This document shows, in pieces, positions 1 through 12,500 of a stretch of 64,000 nt of DNA. A program made the translations under genes and the position numbers. Position 1 is the stretch's first letter; every line of letters begins with the position of its first letter. Where the stretch lies: assembly GCA_051362555.1 (NCBI GenBank), contig CM120645.1:12958001-13022000 (forward strand). The letters are read 5' to 3'. The stretch comes from Lingula anatina. Its lineage: Eukaryota; Animalia; Brachiopoda. Below the pieces are notes generated by a model. It made no database searches and was not told the origin of the DNA. It worked only from the letters and a program-made list of their open reading frames with translations.

Positions 1-224
1 TTAAATGTATTTATATCCGTCCTGATCTATAAATTCGGTTGTTAGATTTGTTTTTACTTAAATATTGATATTCTACTCATCGTTTGTTTTTAGCCGGCAG
101 GCTCATAATGGGCACAGTTCTTACTTGAAGAGTTGCAGTGTCTATTTTTTATTCGATTGATACATTTATTTATCTATTTTGCCTTCAATGGATTAATTAG
201 TAAATGGAACGTTTTTCGTTTCAG

Positions 225-759
225 GAAACAGATGTCAAACTCACATGAAGATATCGATGTATCAAGCAACGGAAAGCTCAGCAGCACAATGTACACAACA
301 TCCAATACTCATGTTGACACAAATCTGTACGAACTCGAGGGAGAATGTCCAATGGCAGGCCGGTATGATCAGTCAAATAATATGAGACAGAATTCTAATT
401 ACGAAAACCAGGCCTCTGATTCACAGATGAACGTACAGGATCTATATGCCTTGCCTGACAAATCCAAAAAGACCAAAAAAGGCAAGAAGCAACAAAATAC
501 TCCTGCAAGCTATCCAGACGATGCGTATGAATATGTCAGCAAACCTTCTGTCCAGGCTTCTTCCGTTTCAAGACAGGATTGTAGTAGCACCTATGAACTT
601 GCAGGGCAGTTTCAAAATGGAGGCTATACCCAGTCTATCGATGATGTTGATGACGTGGAGTTTGTTGAAAACGATATTTATGAAGCAGGAGGCGTTGACA
701 ACATGGGCCATACATGTGTTGAGTCAGTTGAAAACGACATTTATAATTCGTCAGTGTAA
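225..759 (+). CDS. Terminal coding exon of a gene starting upstream of the window; disordered Tyr-motif-rich region, probably the cytoplasmic tail of a cell-surface receptor
   Basis: Acceptor gtttttcgtttcag at 211-224, open frame to TAA at 759; repeated Tyr motifs (NLYEL, NYENQ, DLYAL, AYEYV, TYELA, ENDIYE, ENDIYN). The ORF-track N-terminus (133-224) looks intronic. Confidence 0.6.
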
Positions 760-1257
760 TTTTATTTAAGAAAAATTGCGGACCTTTATGATTTATATTT
801 TGGAAACCTGTTTATCTCAATGTTTGCGTTACTAGTAAGTTGGGACATAAATTTATGTTATATGGTGATTTGCTCCTCCATGCAAAATACTCTTCATAAT
901 GCCCCTAAGTATTCATGTACTGGTAAAGGCTTAGGATCACTTGCTGATAAACTTATGGAAACCTACATTTAGTTCTTTGACCAAAGTTTGCTTACAATAG
1001 AAATCCAGTTTTACCAGCGATGATGTATATATGTGGAAACTTAATTAAATTCGGAACTACAAATGGAAATGTCCTTGTCCAGATATGGTTACTTTTGTAT
1101 AAAAATAAGGGCTTTTTAATCCCCTTTTGTGGCTTTCAACATCAAGGGATTCAGAATAATGGGTAACTATATAAAAACTGTATCACAGCTGAAAAGGGGT
1201 GCAGGTATATGTCATAACTATATACTACTGTATACTACTTCAGCGTTGTAATATTTA

Positions 1258-1425
1258 CAGGGGCGGATTTAGTCCGTCTTCTGGGTCTTCTTGAAGACGG
1301 TCAGATTTTCAAGTTTACATTGACGGATATCAAATTTTTTCTGTCGGAAGACGGTCAAAAATGGAGGATGGATTAACAAAGATAATTCGCAAGCCTGTCA
1401 GAAAATATCTCTGGATCCACCCCTG
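1258..1425. mobile_element. Short non-autonomous DNA transposon (MITE) with CA...TG ends and TA flanks
   Basis: TA|CAGGGGCGGAT ... ATCCACCCCTG|TA terminal inverted repeats; a related inverted partial copy lies at about 4210-4380. Confidence 0.6.
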
Positions 1426-1792
1426 TATTTTGATATCATTTCTTTATATTAATATACATGTACTGTAAGTACGCCTATCACAGCTAAAAAGTGATGCAGC
1501 AATGTTATAACTAAGTACTATATTTACTTTCCGTCATGTCATTACATCTCATACTGTAGTAATAAAGCACATGGGCCCTAACTTGGTCGGCCGTGTACAT
1601 ATACACGTACTGTACAGGTATACAGTGTATGTAAACGGACCCCCTAAGTACCTTCAGTACCTGCTTTTATAAAAAGATATAGCAAACTAATAAGTGTAGG
1701 GGCCTATACCATACTTTGCATTTCATTTGTAAAGTCTACAGAACATATTTCATGAATTTTAGACTCTAAATAAACAAACGTGTGTCATTATT

Positions 1793-1825
<33 letters not shown>

Positions 1826-2632
1826 ATTCATATGTACCTGAAAATATGTTCATTACTGTATATCCATGGCATTGGGGAAAAAGTATGGATATAGATAGGT
1901 AAACATTAGTGCAAAAGACAAATATACAAATGTTGACTTGATGTAAATTAAATCATATATTTGTTACCCGTAGGCTTATTTTAGCACGTTGTAACTTTTC
2001 TTTAGAAGAAAGTACCCCCTGTACCCGTGTTCGTCTATGTACGTTTTATCCGCGGGACAAAAACTTAAGTTTTCTGTAGGCCTACTGTCAGATTCTTAGT
2101 CACCAGATATATTCCTTGAGCAGACTTTTCCTGCCTTTCCTGCTTCCTCTGACCTTTGTACATGCATGTTTGGTCCTTCTGTATTATATTTCAAATAGAA
2201 GCTATTTTTGTTTTCTGGATGATGATTTAGTTCGTTATAAGCAGAACTTCCTTTCATTTTGTGTATTAACGCTGAAGTACCGGTATGTAACGGCCATTCC
2301 CCAATTATTCGCAATGTACCTACATGTAGTTGACACATTTATTTTAGTTAGAATTCGAGTTTAATTTGCAAGGCTTCTATAATCTGTCAAGCTCTAGCTT
2401 GACCATTTCTAAAGGAAATATTTATGTACATGTACAGTGTCAATTGACAGGATCTACAAGTATGTACATGTAGTGACGCGAAATATAAGCAAATATGAAA
2501 CAACTGCTTAGTTTTATACATAATATAAAAAAACAATGATTCCACTCTATAACACCCGATCGGGTTTTGAGATTTGAGAAGAAACTTATCAGTTCAGTGA
2601 GTGAATGCGCATCAGCTAGGTCGACAAAATTC

Positions 2633-3035
2633 GAACGAGAGTGCAGACCTCCGCCAAGGCAGCTAAGTCTCCACTCAATGCCGTTTCACCTCTAAATTTT
2701 CATTCTTTAATGATTTATTTATTTTTTTTTTTTATTTTTTTTTTTTTTGTCTATTGATTATTTATCTGGATCACTTGGCACATTTCTGACAGTTCCTGAA
2801 AATTTCATCAAAATCGGCCCATTACATTTACTTTAATGTAGCATTATTTTTTATTATTATTATTATTTTTTACTATTGATTATTGATCCGGATCACCACC
2901 AAAAACTAATCATCTGTTCCTTGGCCCACTTCTGACAGTTCCTGAAAATTTCATCAAAATCGGTCCATAACTTTTTCTATGGGACAGATAGACAGACAGA
3001 CAAACTAACGGAACCAAAAACATAACCTGGTGGAG
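2633..3035. mobile_element. Non-autonomous interspersed repeat, Helentron/DINE-like
   Basis: cctccgccaaggc motif, duplicated core (tctgacagttcctgaaaatttcatcaaaatcgg), (gaca)n tract and aaaacataacct end; architecture resembles HINE/DINE-type elements. Confidence 0.45.
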
Positions 3036-3183
3036 AGAGCACTGTAGGTCTGTGCAATGCTTTAGTTGAGACAAGAAGAGAAAAATCCTTACCACCTCCA
3101 TATTTTCTTAGTGTGGTTGTGAAGTTGAGAATTTAAAGAGAGAAGGAAAGAGAGTCCCCTCTACTTTTTCATTTTTGGAGTAA

Positions 3184-3437
3184 GAGCGCATTCAGAACAG
3201 ATGATCCGCGAGCAAAATATGGCCAAACTCCCTTAAAAAGCAGTGCCGTTTCTTTTCTGATGGACTCGCCGCCTCCCGTTGCAACGGGGCCTCCATGTAG
3301 TAATTAAGCATCTGAGCCTAGATTTAACCCGTTTAAAGGCGCGTGTTGAGGCAGGGAGATCATCGTTTTTTAATTGGGTCGGCCATATTAAGTCGGCAGA
3401 TCAGTTAGTCCGCTGATCATCTGTTCCGAATGCACTC
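3184..3437. mobile_element. PIF/Harbinger-type MITE (254 bp) about 135 bp upstream of the Nudix start codon
   Basis: TIRs GAGCGCATTCAGAACAGATGATC / GATCATCTGTTCCGAATGCACTC; TAA on both sides (3181-3183, 3438-3440). Confidence 0.75.
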
Positions 3438-3572
3438 TAAAAGGCTATGCGAAAGTCAAGTGCTCCACGATAAGAAATTTAGCAGCTGACGGAAGTTGTG
3501 CCTGAAAGCTGCAGTTAATTGAATCCATTCATCTCATTGGTTAAAATTGGAACATCAACAGTGGGAAGGAAG

Positions 3573-6500
3573 ATGAACACGAAGAATCTTAGCGAAGGTT
3601 TTATGCGGGTGGTGTCGAAATGTAACAGTTTTCTTGATCAAGGTAAGAGTGCAAGTAGGTCCCTGCAAGTATCACCTCTCTCAGTGTTGTTTAATTAGCA
3701 CAATAATATTGTTATTTCTTTGATAAACAATGAAATTGACTGGATTAAACCGGTTCAGTACGTTAGCTGAGTGGCTACAGTAGCAAGACATACAGGCCAA
3801 AGGCTTAGGCGAATTACTTAAATAATGAATCACGCTGTCCCATATGCAACAGGGACAAATATTATCTGATGATTTGGATTCCTACCTCAACCGTGTAAAT
3901 TAAAGCATGCTTTTTTTGGATTCCCTTGGTATTGAAATTATGGCTACTGGTACATGTACATGTCGAAATTATTATCATAATGTACAGTAAAATATGTGAA
4001 GACTTCCTCTTTCACTTTTGCACTGTTATTAACATCATCACTTTATTACGTTACTGGTGGGTGGATGAAACTCCAGTGAGTCAGAATAATGTACGCAAAA
4101 AGATAAGTATTAATCTGTTTGAATTATATTCTCATCAAAGTTTTAATGACTCATTGGTTCAACTCTCAGCTACTACATGTGCATGTACTGGAGTACTACC
4201 CCCCACCAACAGCAGATCCAGAGATATTTTCTGACAGTTTGCCAAATTATCTTTGTTGATCCATGCTCCATTTTTGACCGTCTTCCGATAAAGATACTAC
4301 CCTGGCAGATACCTGTCAATGTAAACTAAAATTCAAACCATCTTCTGAACTACCCAGAAGACTGCTTCCGCCTGACGGTTTAGTAAATAGATATGGCAAC
4401 TTGTTACATTTATTTATAACTCGTAATTTTTTTCCAGCATGTCAGGCTTCAAGGGCATTGCTTCCTCTGCTGGGTTATCTGTACTAGTATTTGATTTATT
4501 GATTGCATAAAGCTTAATATTTTGTTTATTTATCCTTACCTGTAGTTAAGTTAACCTTAAGTTGGAGGTCTACCACACTGAAGAAATTCAATCTATTGCT
4601 TGCTTGTTTATTTGTTTTTATGCAATTTCGTACTTGGATGCTATTCCTTTAAATGTTCTCTATTACTGAAAAAGATCAATATAAACAAAATAACAAAAAT
4701 ATTAAATAATCAAAAGCAGAAGTAGCTAGTAACAAAATAGATTCCATATCTGATACTTCTGCCTCCACTTCATTTCTTTAGGCATATAATTGGTAATATA
4801 GATGCAGTGCTGATTTTGCAAACTGACAAATTATATCCACACTCCTTGATGCCTTGTTTAGTCTGTTGGTATCTGTACTGAAAGATGTGAATATCATTTG
4901 ATCACAGAATTATAGGAGAATTTTGGCTAACACCAAAAAGGTTTGTAATTGGCATCCTAGGATAACTTCATAAATGATAACAACAATCTCCATTTTTTTT
5001 TTTTTTTTTTTTTTTTTTTGAATGGACACAAAAAATAAAACAGAATTTATTTAGATTGAGTTTCTCTGTCTTGTGAAACCCATCAGGCCTTCAGAAACGC
5101 TGGGTTAGAAATTCATGTCTCCCCTTTCAGCCAGCTCTTACTGTCAAACAGACTTAAGCATCATTCCTTTTGATAAATTATTCAGTGTGAATTCACAGAG
5201 TTGCCTTCACCATGGATCTTTTACTAATAATCAATACACTTAACCAAAAGATTGTCTTGTTGATCAGGTCATTAGGAATTCATAAAAGTATTCCTTGGGC
5301 ACAGAGGGGTCTGGATTTCAGCAAGTGCAGCATTTTGTGACTGCATAGAATTTGCAACCTGATAAAATCTACTAGTACATGGCTTTGAGAAATAGAGCTA
5401 CTTTCAAAAAAAGATTTAAAAGAGCTCTTGGCTAATGGGGATGACTAAGAATTTTCAACCCTCAACTACTTGGTTCATATGTGTACAAGCAGAAAATATT
5501 TTCCCCAAATGCTTAAGATAATATTGCTGGCAAAGGGAAATAGAACAATCTTATTAATTTTTATCATATCCACATACTGCTTAGCTTTTTGTTAACAAAA
5601 TTATATTTGGATAGAAACAAGAAAAGTGCCTCAGTCACGTACCCCAATTAATATTTTTCAGATTAGTCATAGAACATAAAGGTTCCAGTATAATAAAATT
5701 TTTATTTAGATTTTTCACAAAATAACTTTTTTTGTCACTTAATGAGTAATAAATACCAGAAAATATTAAACATTTTCACCATTTAAAATATATATGGCAG
5801 CTATATACAGAGTGAATTATATCAAAGCATTTGGAGGAAATAAGTGTAAACCTGTAGTGTTTGTCTTTGTTTGCCTCACTCTATTTCTCTGGTAGGATCA
5901 CCTTGGCGTACTGCTGTGTCCTCCTCTGACCTACACCCTGAGTTTACAGGTGTTTTCAGACTAACTGAAGGTATTGGCAATGCTTGGTGTAATATTTGAA
6001 CCTTAGGGCGACAGAACTGCTTGGAAATATAAGCAGTTAGATTGAATATTTAAATTTGGCAATTTCTGTTTTGCGCACTATCCAGTAGGTATATTCTTTG
6101 CACTTTTTCTATTATTATTTAAGCTATTCTTTTATTTTTAAACTCTTTCATTCTTGCTACTGCAAATAAATTATTTCATGTGTTTGAAAACCCACAATAT
6201 TTTATGCAGTGCACAAATTATTAACAAAATGTTGTACAAATATTTTTGTCGTACTGCTTGGAATGACTGGACAGATTTTAAATATATACTTGATGAATAT
6301 GTTACATTCAGCAACATACTTAAAACTTTTTAAAATTTTTTTTCAGCTTCTTCAAGAAAGGAGTGCAGGCCATTCTTCATTGAAAACAAGCAAGTTGGTT
6401 TAATACGACCAGACATCTTAGCTCACCTGAAGCCATACACGGATGTTTTCCACATACCATACTCTCAAGGGAATGATAATATCAAGGTTAATTATCTTAT

Positions 6501-9500
6501 TTCATGAAGAAAATGCCTTGGTTGTAAAATGAAAACACTCCCACAGGTTGAAAGGCACCCTCAGTTTCAGGGCCTGATGGAGTCTGCCCTATCGAACCAT
6601 AATATAGCTGTGTATGATTATGAGGCTGAGTAGAGGAGAATGACTATCATCCCTCTGAAACTGAGGGTGCTAAATAAACGGTGGTGAATAGTCTAGTCCA
6701 GTTATCAGTAGTCATCATGTGCAAGCTGAAATCAAGTGATCAATATGCAGTCAAGTTGATCTCAACAGTGCAAGCGGATTTCAATGTTCTCTGTCTATAG
6801 CAGCTTCATTTAAAAATAGGCGTAAGATATACAATTTGTAGAAAATTTATTTTGAAGATCTAGAACAAGGTTCAGAGAAGAACTTCAGGGATACAGTCTA
6901 TATAGGTTTACTTCACAGCCTGGCTATTACTTATAAGCAAGAGTCACCTACTCCCCCCCCCCCCCCCCCTTCAATCCCCACTCTCAACAGAACTGATATT
7001 GTAACGATTTTACATAGCCTTAAAATTCATGGTAAAGTTGCTGCAGTAAGCTGTAGCCTTTTGTTTACATTCTTGTGTGTGTTGAACTTTGAACCTTAAG
7101 TTGGAATGGCTTGTAAGTGGTATCAGTTTACTAAAGAGGGGATTGTGGTGTCCAGTAGAGGGGTTGGCGGTCAACCATTCAAGGCCGTCCACTTTTCCTC
7201 TGGCTGCCAGTCAGAGTAGCAGTGAACCATTCAAGGTCGTCCACTTTTGAAACCTATAAATACAGCTGCTCTACGCAGTGTTGGTCAGTTACTGTAGAGT
7301 ATAGTGGCAGTACTCAGTGAGAGTATAGTGTCAGACTTAGTTTCACAACTTAGTTTGAGTCAGTTTCACAATATAGTTCCAGTTAGTTTATTGTAGCTGA
7401 GTTGCAGTTGTTTAAATTAGAAGTACAGCAGTACAGCAAGAATAGAGACAGTGTTTAGTAAAAGATACAGAAACATGTACATTTGTGTTGAGAGTTATTC
7501 GTAGAAATAAAGTTTACAAAACAGAGACCTTGTTTTGTTGGTGGCAGCGAAGTAAGAGAACCGTACACTGGTGGCAGAAAAGCGAAGACCTTTACACTGG
7601 TGGCAAGCGGTGGGATACAGACTTTAACACGCCAAGAGAAAAGCTCAAGAAATCAAGAAATTCAAAATGCCTCCTAAAAAGGACAACAGAGCTGACCAGG
7701 AGGAAGTGAGAAACCTGGAGGAACAGTTAGAAGAAGCCTGCAGAGCTCTTGAAGCTGAAAAAGAAAATTCTACTCACAGAATACAAGTTGCTGTAGAAGA
7801 AGCAGAGGCAGAAAAAGAAAGATTACTAAGAAAAGCTAAAGAGAATGCTGACGTCTTAGAGGCACGTGCTGAGGCTGCAGAACAGAGAGTCAGAGCCCTA
7901 GAGCGACAGAAAGAGACAGAAATAGAACACAGAGCCCAGAATGAACCCATATCAGAAACAATAACCCCTACACTTACCCCATTTCACAGAATTAACGGCC
8001 GTAGTAACTTTGAAATACCTTTGCCCAGACAGACTCTCTTTAGTGGAAAAGAATCCTGGGAGGGTTTCATTGAGCCATTCAAAGCACTAAGCCAGACTTG
8101 TGAATGGAGTGAGTCTGAGAAACTGTTTAGATTATGTAACAGTCTGCGTGGTGAGGCTGCTGATTTCGCCTTTGTGCAGTTGTCAGCAGAAGTGGTAAAT
8201 TCCTACCCTCTGTTACAGAGGGCGTTGCAAAACCGATTTCAAGAAAAGCGTACTACAAGCTCCTATCTATCAGAGCTAGAAAATAGAAAGCTTAGTTCAA
8301 GAGAGAAACTGCCAGAGTACATATCCGATATTAGAAAGTTAGTGTTAAAAGGTTACCCGACGGCTGACTGCACCACACGTGAGGCCATTGCATTGCGCCA
8401 TTTCATAAAAGGGTTGCCAGACCATCAAGCCGCCGTGGCAGTGGGCATGAAAACGCCCAAAAATCTAGACGAAGCAAGGGAGGCCCTTGAAATGTATAAC
8501 AGTCTAAGAGAAGAGGCAGTGAAAAGACCAAGTGTTAGGGCAGCAAATCCTGAGGCTGTTGTAACAGAAAGTCAGCTACACCAGCTTGAAAAGAAGTTTG
8601 ACAAGAAGTTAGATGAAATTAAAGACTTGATAATGAAAGAGAAAGCAAAAGACACGAAAAGTCCTCCACCACCCAAGTCAGAAAATTGGAAAAACAACAT
8701 AGAGTGTTTCAAGTGCCATAGATATGGGCATCTGGCAAGAGAATGCAAGGCACCTGTGAAAGAGGCTCAGCATGTAAACAACCAGGGAAACTGAGAAGGG
8801 GCATTCCAGCCGGCCAGAATGAACCCCTAAAAACACCTGTTGACAGTGACATTGAAACCGTCAGTTGTAGAAATGCTAATGTTTCTTGGCCAGTGAAGAT
8901 TCAGGGCCAAGAAGTGAACTTTATTGCAGACACTGGTGCGTCAAAAACAATTATATCTACCCACATTTATGAACAAATTCCCCATGATTTTAGACCTGAA
9001 CTGAAAAAGACTAATAGAAAACTGCAGTTGCAGGTTGCAGACAGTAGAAACATTGAAATTGAAGGCCATGTAGAAATAAAATTTCAGTCTGGTGAAGAAG
9101 TGTTTATTTGGGACATGCTTGTAGCAAAAATAAAGGATGATGGTTTGTTAGGAATGGACTTCCTGTGCCATAATGATTTTTCACTGGGTGTGAACGGACT
9201 GAAACTTAATGGGAAGAGAGTGCCCTGTTTGGTTGAGAGGGAACCAAAGCATGCCTTTAGAGTGACAGTGACTAATGACGTTATTATTCCTGCAAACAGT
9301 GAGTTGATCATAGAAGGGACAGTTGATTCTAGCAAAATAAAATCAGGATTGGGACTGGTAGAGGCAATTCCAGAGAAGTCAAGTGATTTTCTGATCGGAC
9401 ATGTGCTAGTTGATCCTTTCAGAAGAGACAATAAAATACCTGTGAGACTCCTTAACCCTTCTAATGAAAACATTTCACTTTTGAAAGACACCTGCATTGC

Positions 9501-12500
9501 TCATTTACATGAAGTAGACCATGTGATTGGTGATAAACTTGAAGATAGCCTTTCTGTGCCCACCTTACGAGCAGACTTAACCCCTGGTATACAAAAGTCA
9601 GACTTAACCCTTCATAGCCCAGAATTGCTTGAGTACCTGGCTGACCTCTATAAACAGTCAGGTGAGAATTTGACTGACTTTGAAAGATGTGAATTAAAGA
9701 AACTCCTGCAGAAGCACAGTGATGTTTTTGCCAAGTCTTCCAGTGACATGGGTCACACATCTGTCGTGAAGCATAAGATCGTCACTGGTGATGCAAGACC
9801 CATAAAACAGCAGCCCAGAAGACCCCCTAGAGCGTTTGCTGGGGAAGAAGAGAAAATAATTCAGGAACAGCTCCAAAATGGTGTTATTAGAGAGTCCACC
9901 TCACCTTGGTCATCTCCACTAGTTTATGTCAAGAAAAAGGATGGAACAACAAGACCCTGTGTTGACTATAGACACTTAAATGATGTAACAGTGAAAGATG
10001 CTTACCCTCTTCCTCGAATAAATGACTGTTTAGACTCTCTTGGTGGTTCAATTTTCTTCTCAATAGCTGATTGCCAGAGCGGGTATTATCAAATCGAGGT
10101 AGCAGAAGAAGATAAGCCAAAGACTGCATTTGTGACCAGAAAAGGGTTATACGAATATAATGTTATGCCTTTTGGTCTTTCTAATTCTCCTTCAACCTTC
10201 GAACGGTGTATGGAACTGATTTTACGTGGTTTGCAGTGGCAGACAGTGTTGATTTACCTTGATGACATTATTGTGTTTGGTAAATCATTTGAAGAACACT
10301 ATAAGAGACTTGACGAGGTTTTTAATCGTCTTGGGAAAGCAGGACTAAAACTGAAACCAAGCAAATGCAGGTTGTTCCAGACTGAAGTTCAGTTTTTGGG
10401 ACATGTAGTGACACAAGATGGCGTTAAACCAGATCCTGAGAAGGTAGAGTGTATAAAGAAATGGCCAGTTCCCAGGAATCTGACTGATGTACGTAGTTTT
10501 CTAGGACTGTGCTCATATTATCGTAGATTTATTAAAGGATTTTCAACAAGAGCTGCTCCAATTAATCACCTGCTCCAGGCCGGCCAGGCGTTTACTTGGA
10601 CGGACTCTTGTCAGACAGCATTTGAGGACCTCAAAAGTGCCCTTACAGGTAATGAGGTAATGGCGTATCCGAGAGACGAAGGACTGTACATTCTTGACAC
10701 TGATGCTTCAGCCACGGGCATTGGTGCCGTTTTATCTCAGTTACAGTGGTGTGAGAAGACCCAGAAAGAAATAGAAAAACCAGTCGCGTATGCAAGTAAG
10801 TCATTGACGAAAACTCAACGCTGTTACTGCGTGACTAGAAAAGAACTGCTTGCCGTTGTTACCTTTGTTCAACAATTCAGACACCATTTATTGGGTAGAC
10901 AGTTTTTGGTACGAAGCGATCACAGTGCCCTCCGATGGGTTATGTCCTTTAAGGAGCCCAATGATCAGATGGCCAGATGGCTGGAAGTGCTATCACAGTA
11001 TGATTTTAAAATAGAACACCGAGCAGGGGCCAGACACGGTAACGCAGATGCAATATCGAGATTTCCATGCGACCCAGATGAGTGTACATGCTATGATGGG
11101 GAGTCCATTTTAAGCAAATTGCCATGCGAGGGTTGCGTACAGTGTAAGAAGAAACATGAACAATGGTCCAGATATCTGGAAGAAGAAGTCGTCCCTTTAG
11201 TAACCAGAAGAATGACAGAAAACCGAAAGAAAGAACCAAAATCAGACAATGGAGTCTGTGGCAGTGGTCAAGTATCGGGAAACCAAGGAAAATGTCCAGT
11301 AAAACGTGTGTATACAGCAGCTTGTTCAGTTTTATTGACAGGCCTTTACATCCTACTGACATTGTTCTTTGCAATTCTGAGCTGGGTGACCATGAAATTC
11401 AGGTGTATCTTTAAGGAAGTTAGAGCACTTTCTCTTCGAAGGATGAGAGTTTCCAAGAAAAAGGAAGTGCTGCCTAGAGAAAACTTGACATTCAAGGATC
11501 AGGATTTTTCTCATGGTGATGAAGATACAGATCTCAGTGAATCTGAGAGTGACAGAGATAGACTTCCAGCCGAGTGGCTGGGCAGTTACACTGTGAATGA
11601 ATTGTTTAATTTGCAGCGTAAAGACCCTGAGTTGAAGACTGTGCTGGACTGGAAGGAACAGTCATCACAGAGACCAGAAAGAGATAAAGTGGCCGCAGAA
11701 AGTCCTGCAGTGCGACAGTTATGGTTGCTTTGGGACCAACTTGTGCTGCGGGAGGGCATTTTATATAAGAGATGGGAAACGTTAGATAAGGCAGGTTCCT
11801 TTTTACAGATATTGGTTCCGAAAGAGATGAGGAATGAGGTGATGAATGGCGTACACGACAAAGTCACGTCAGGTCACCTTGGCGTCAATAAAACAGTGAG
11901 CAAGTTGAAAAGACACTTCTACTGGTACAAGATGAAAGAAAGTGTGCGAGATTACATAAGAAGATGTGCTATTTGTGGTGGTAGAAAAAGACCACGGTCA
12001 AGACCCAAGGCTCCTTTGCTAAGATATGCTGTAGGCGCTCCCATGGACAGAGTGGCAACAGACATCTTAGGACCTTTTCCAGTCAGTGAAAGAGGCAATA
12101 AATATATTCTTTTAGCAATGGACCAGTTTTCCAAATGGGTGGAGTGCTATGCCATCCCTGACATATCAGCTAAAACTGTAGCACACAAGCTAGTGACAGA
12201 GTTTTTCTCTAGATTTGGCCTACCCCTTGATCTCCATTCAGACCAAGGTAGCAACTATGAGTCACAGTTATTCAAACAAGTATGTCAAGTATTAGAAATA
12301 AATAAAACCCGAACATCCAGCTATCATCCCTCAGGAAATGGAATGGTGGAGAGATTCAATATTGTGTTATGTGACATGATATCAGCTTACGTGTCAGAAG
12401 ACCAACGGGATTGGGACATTCATTTGCCTTTATTGACTGCAGCATACAGGTGCTGTAAACATGAAAGCACTGGTTATTCCCCTAATTTGCTTATGTTAGG

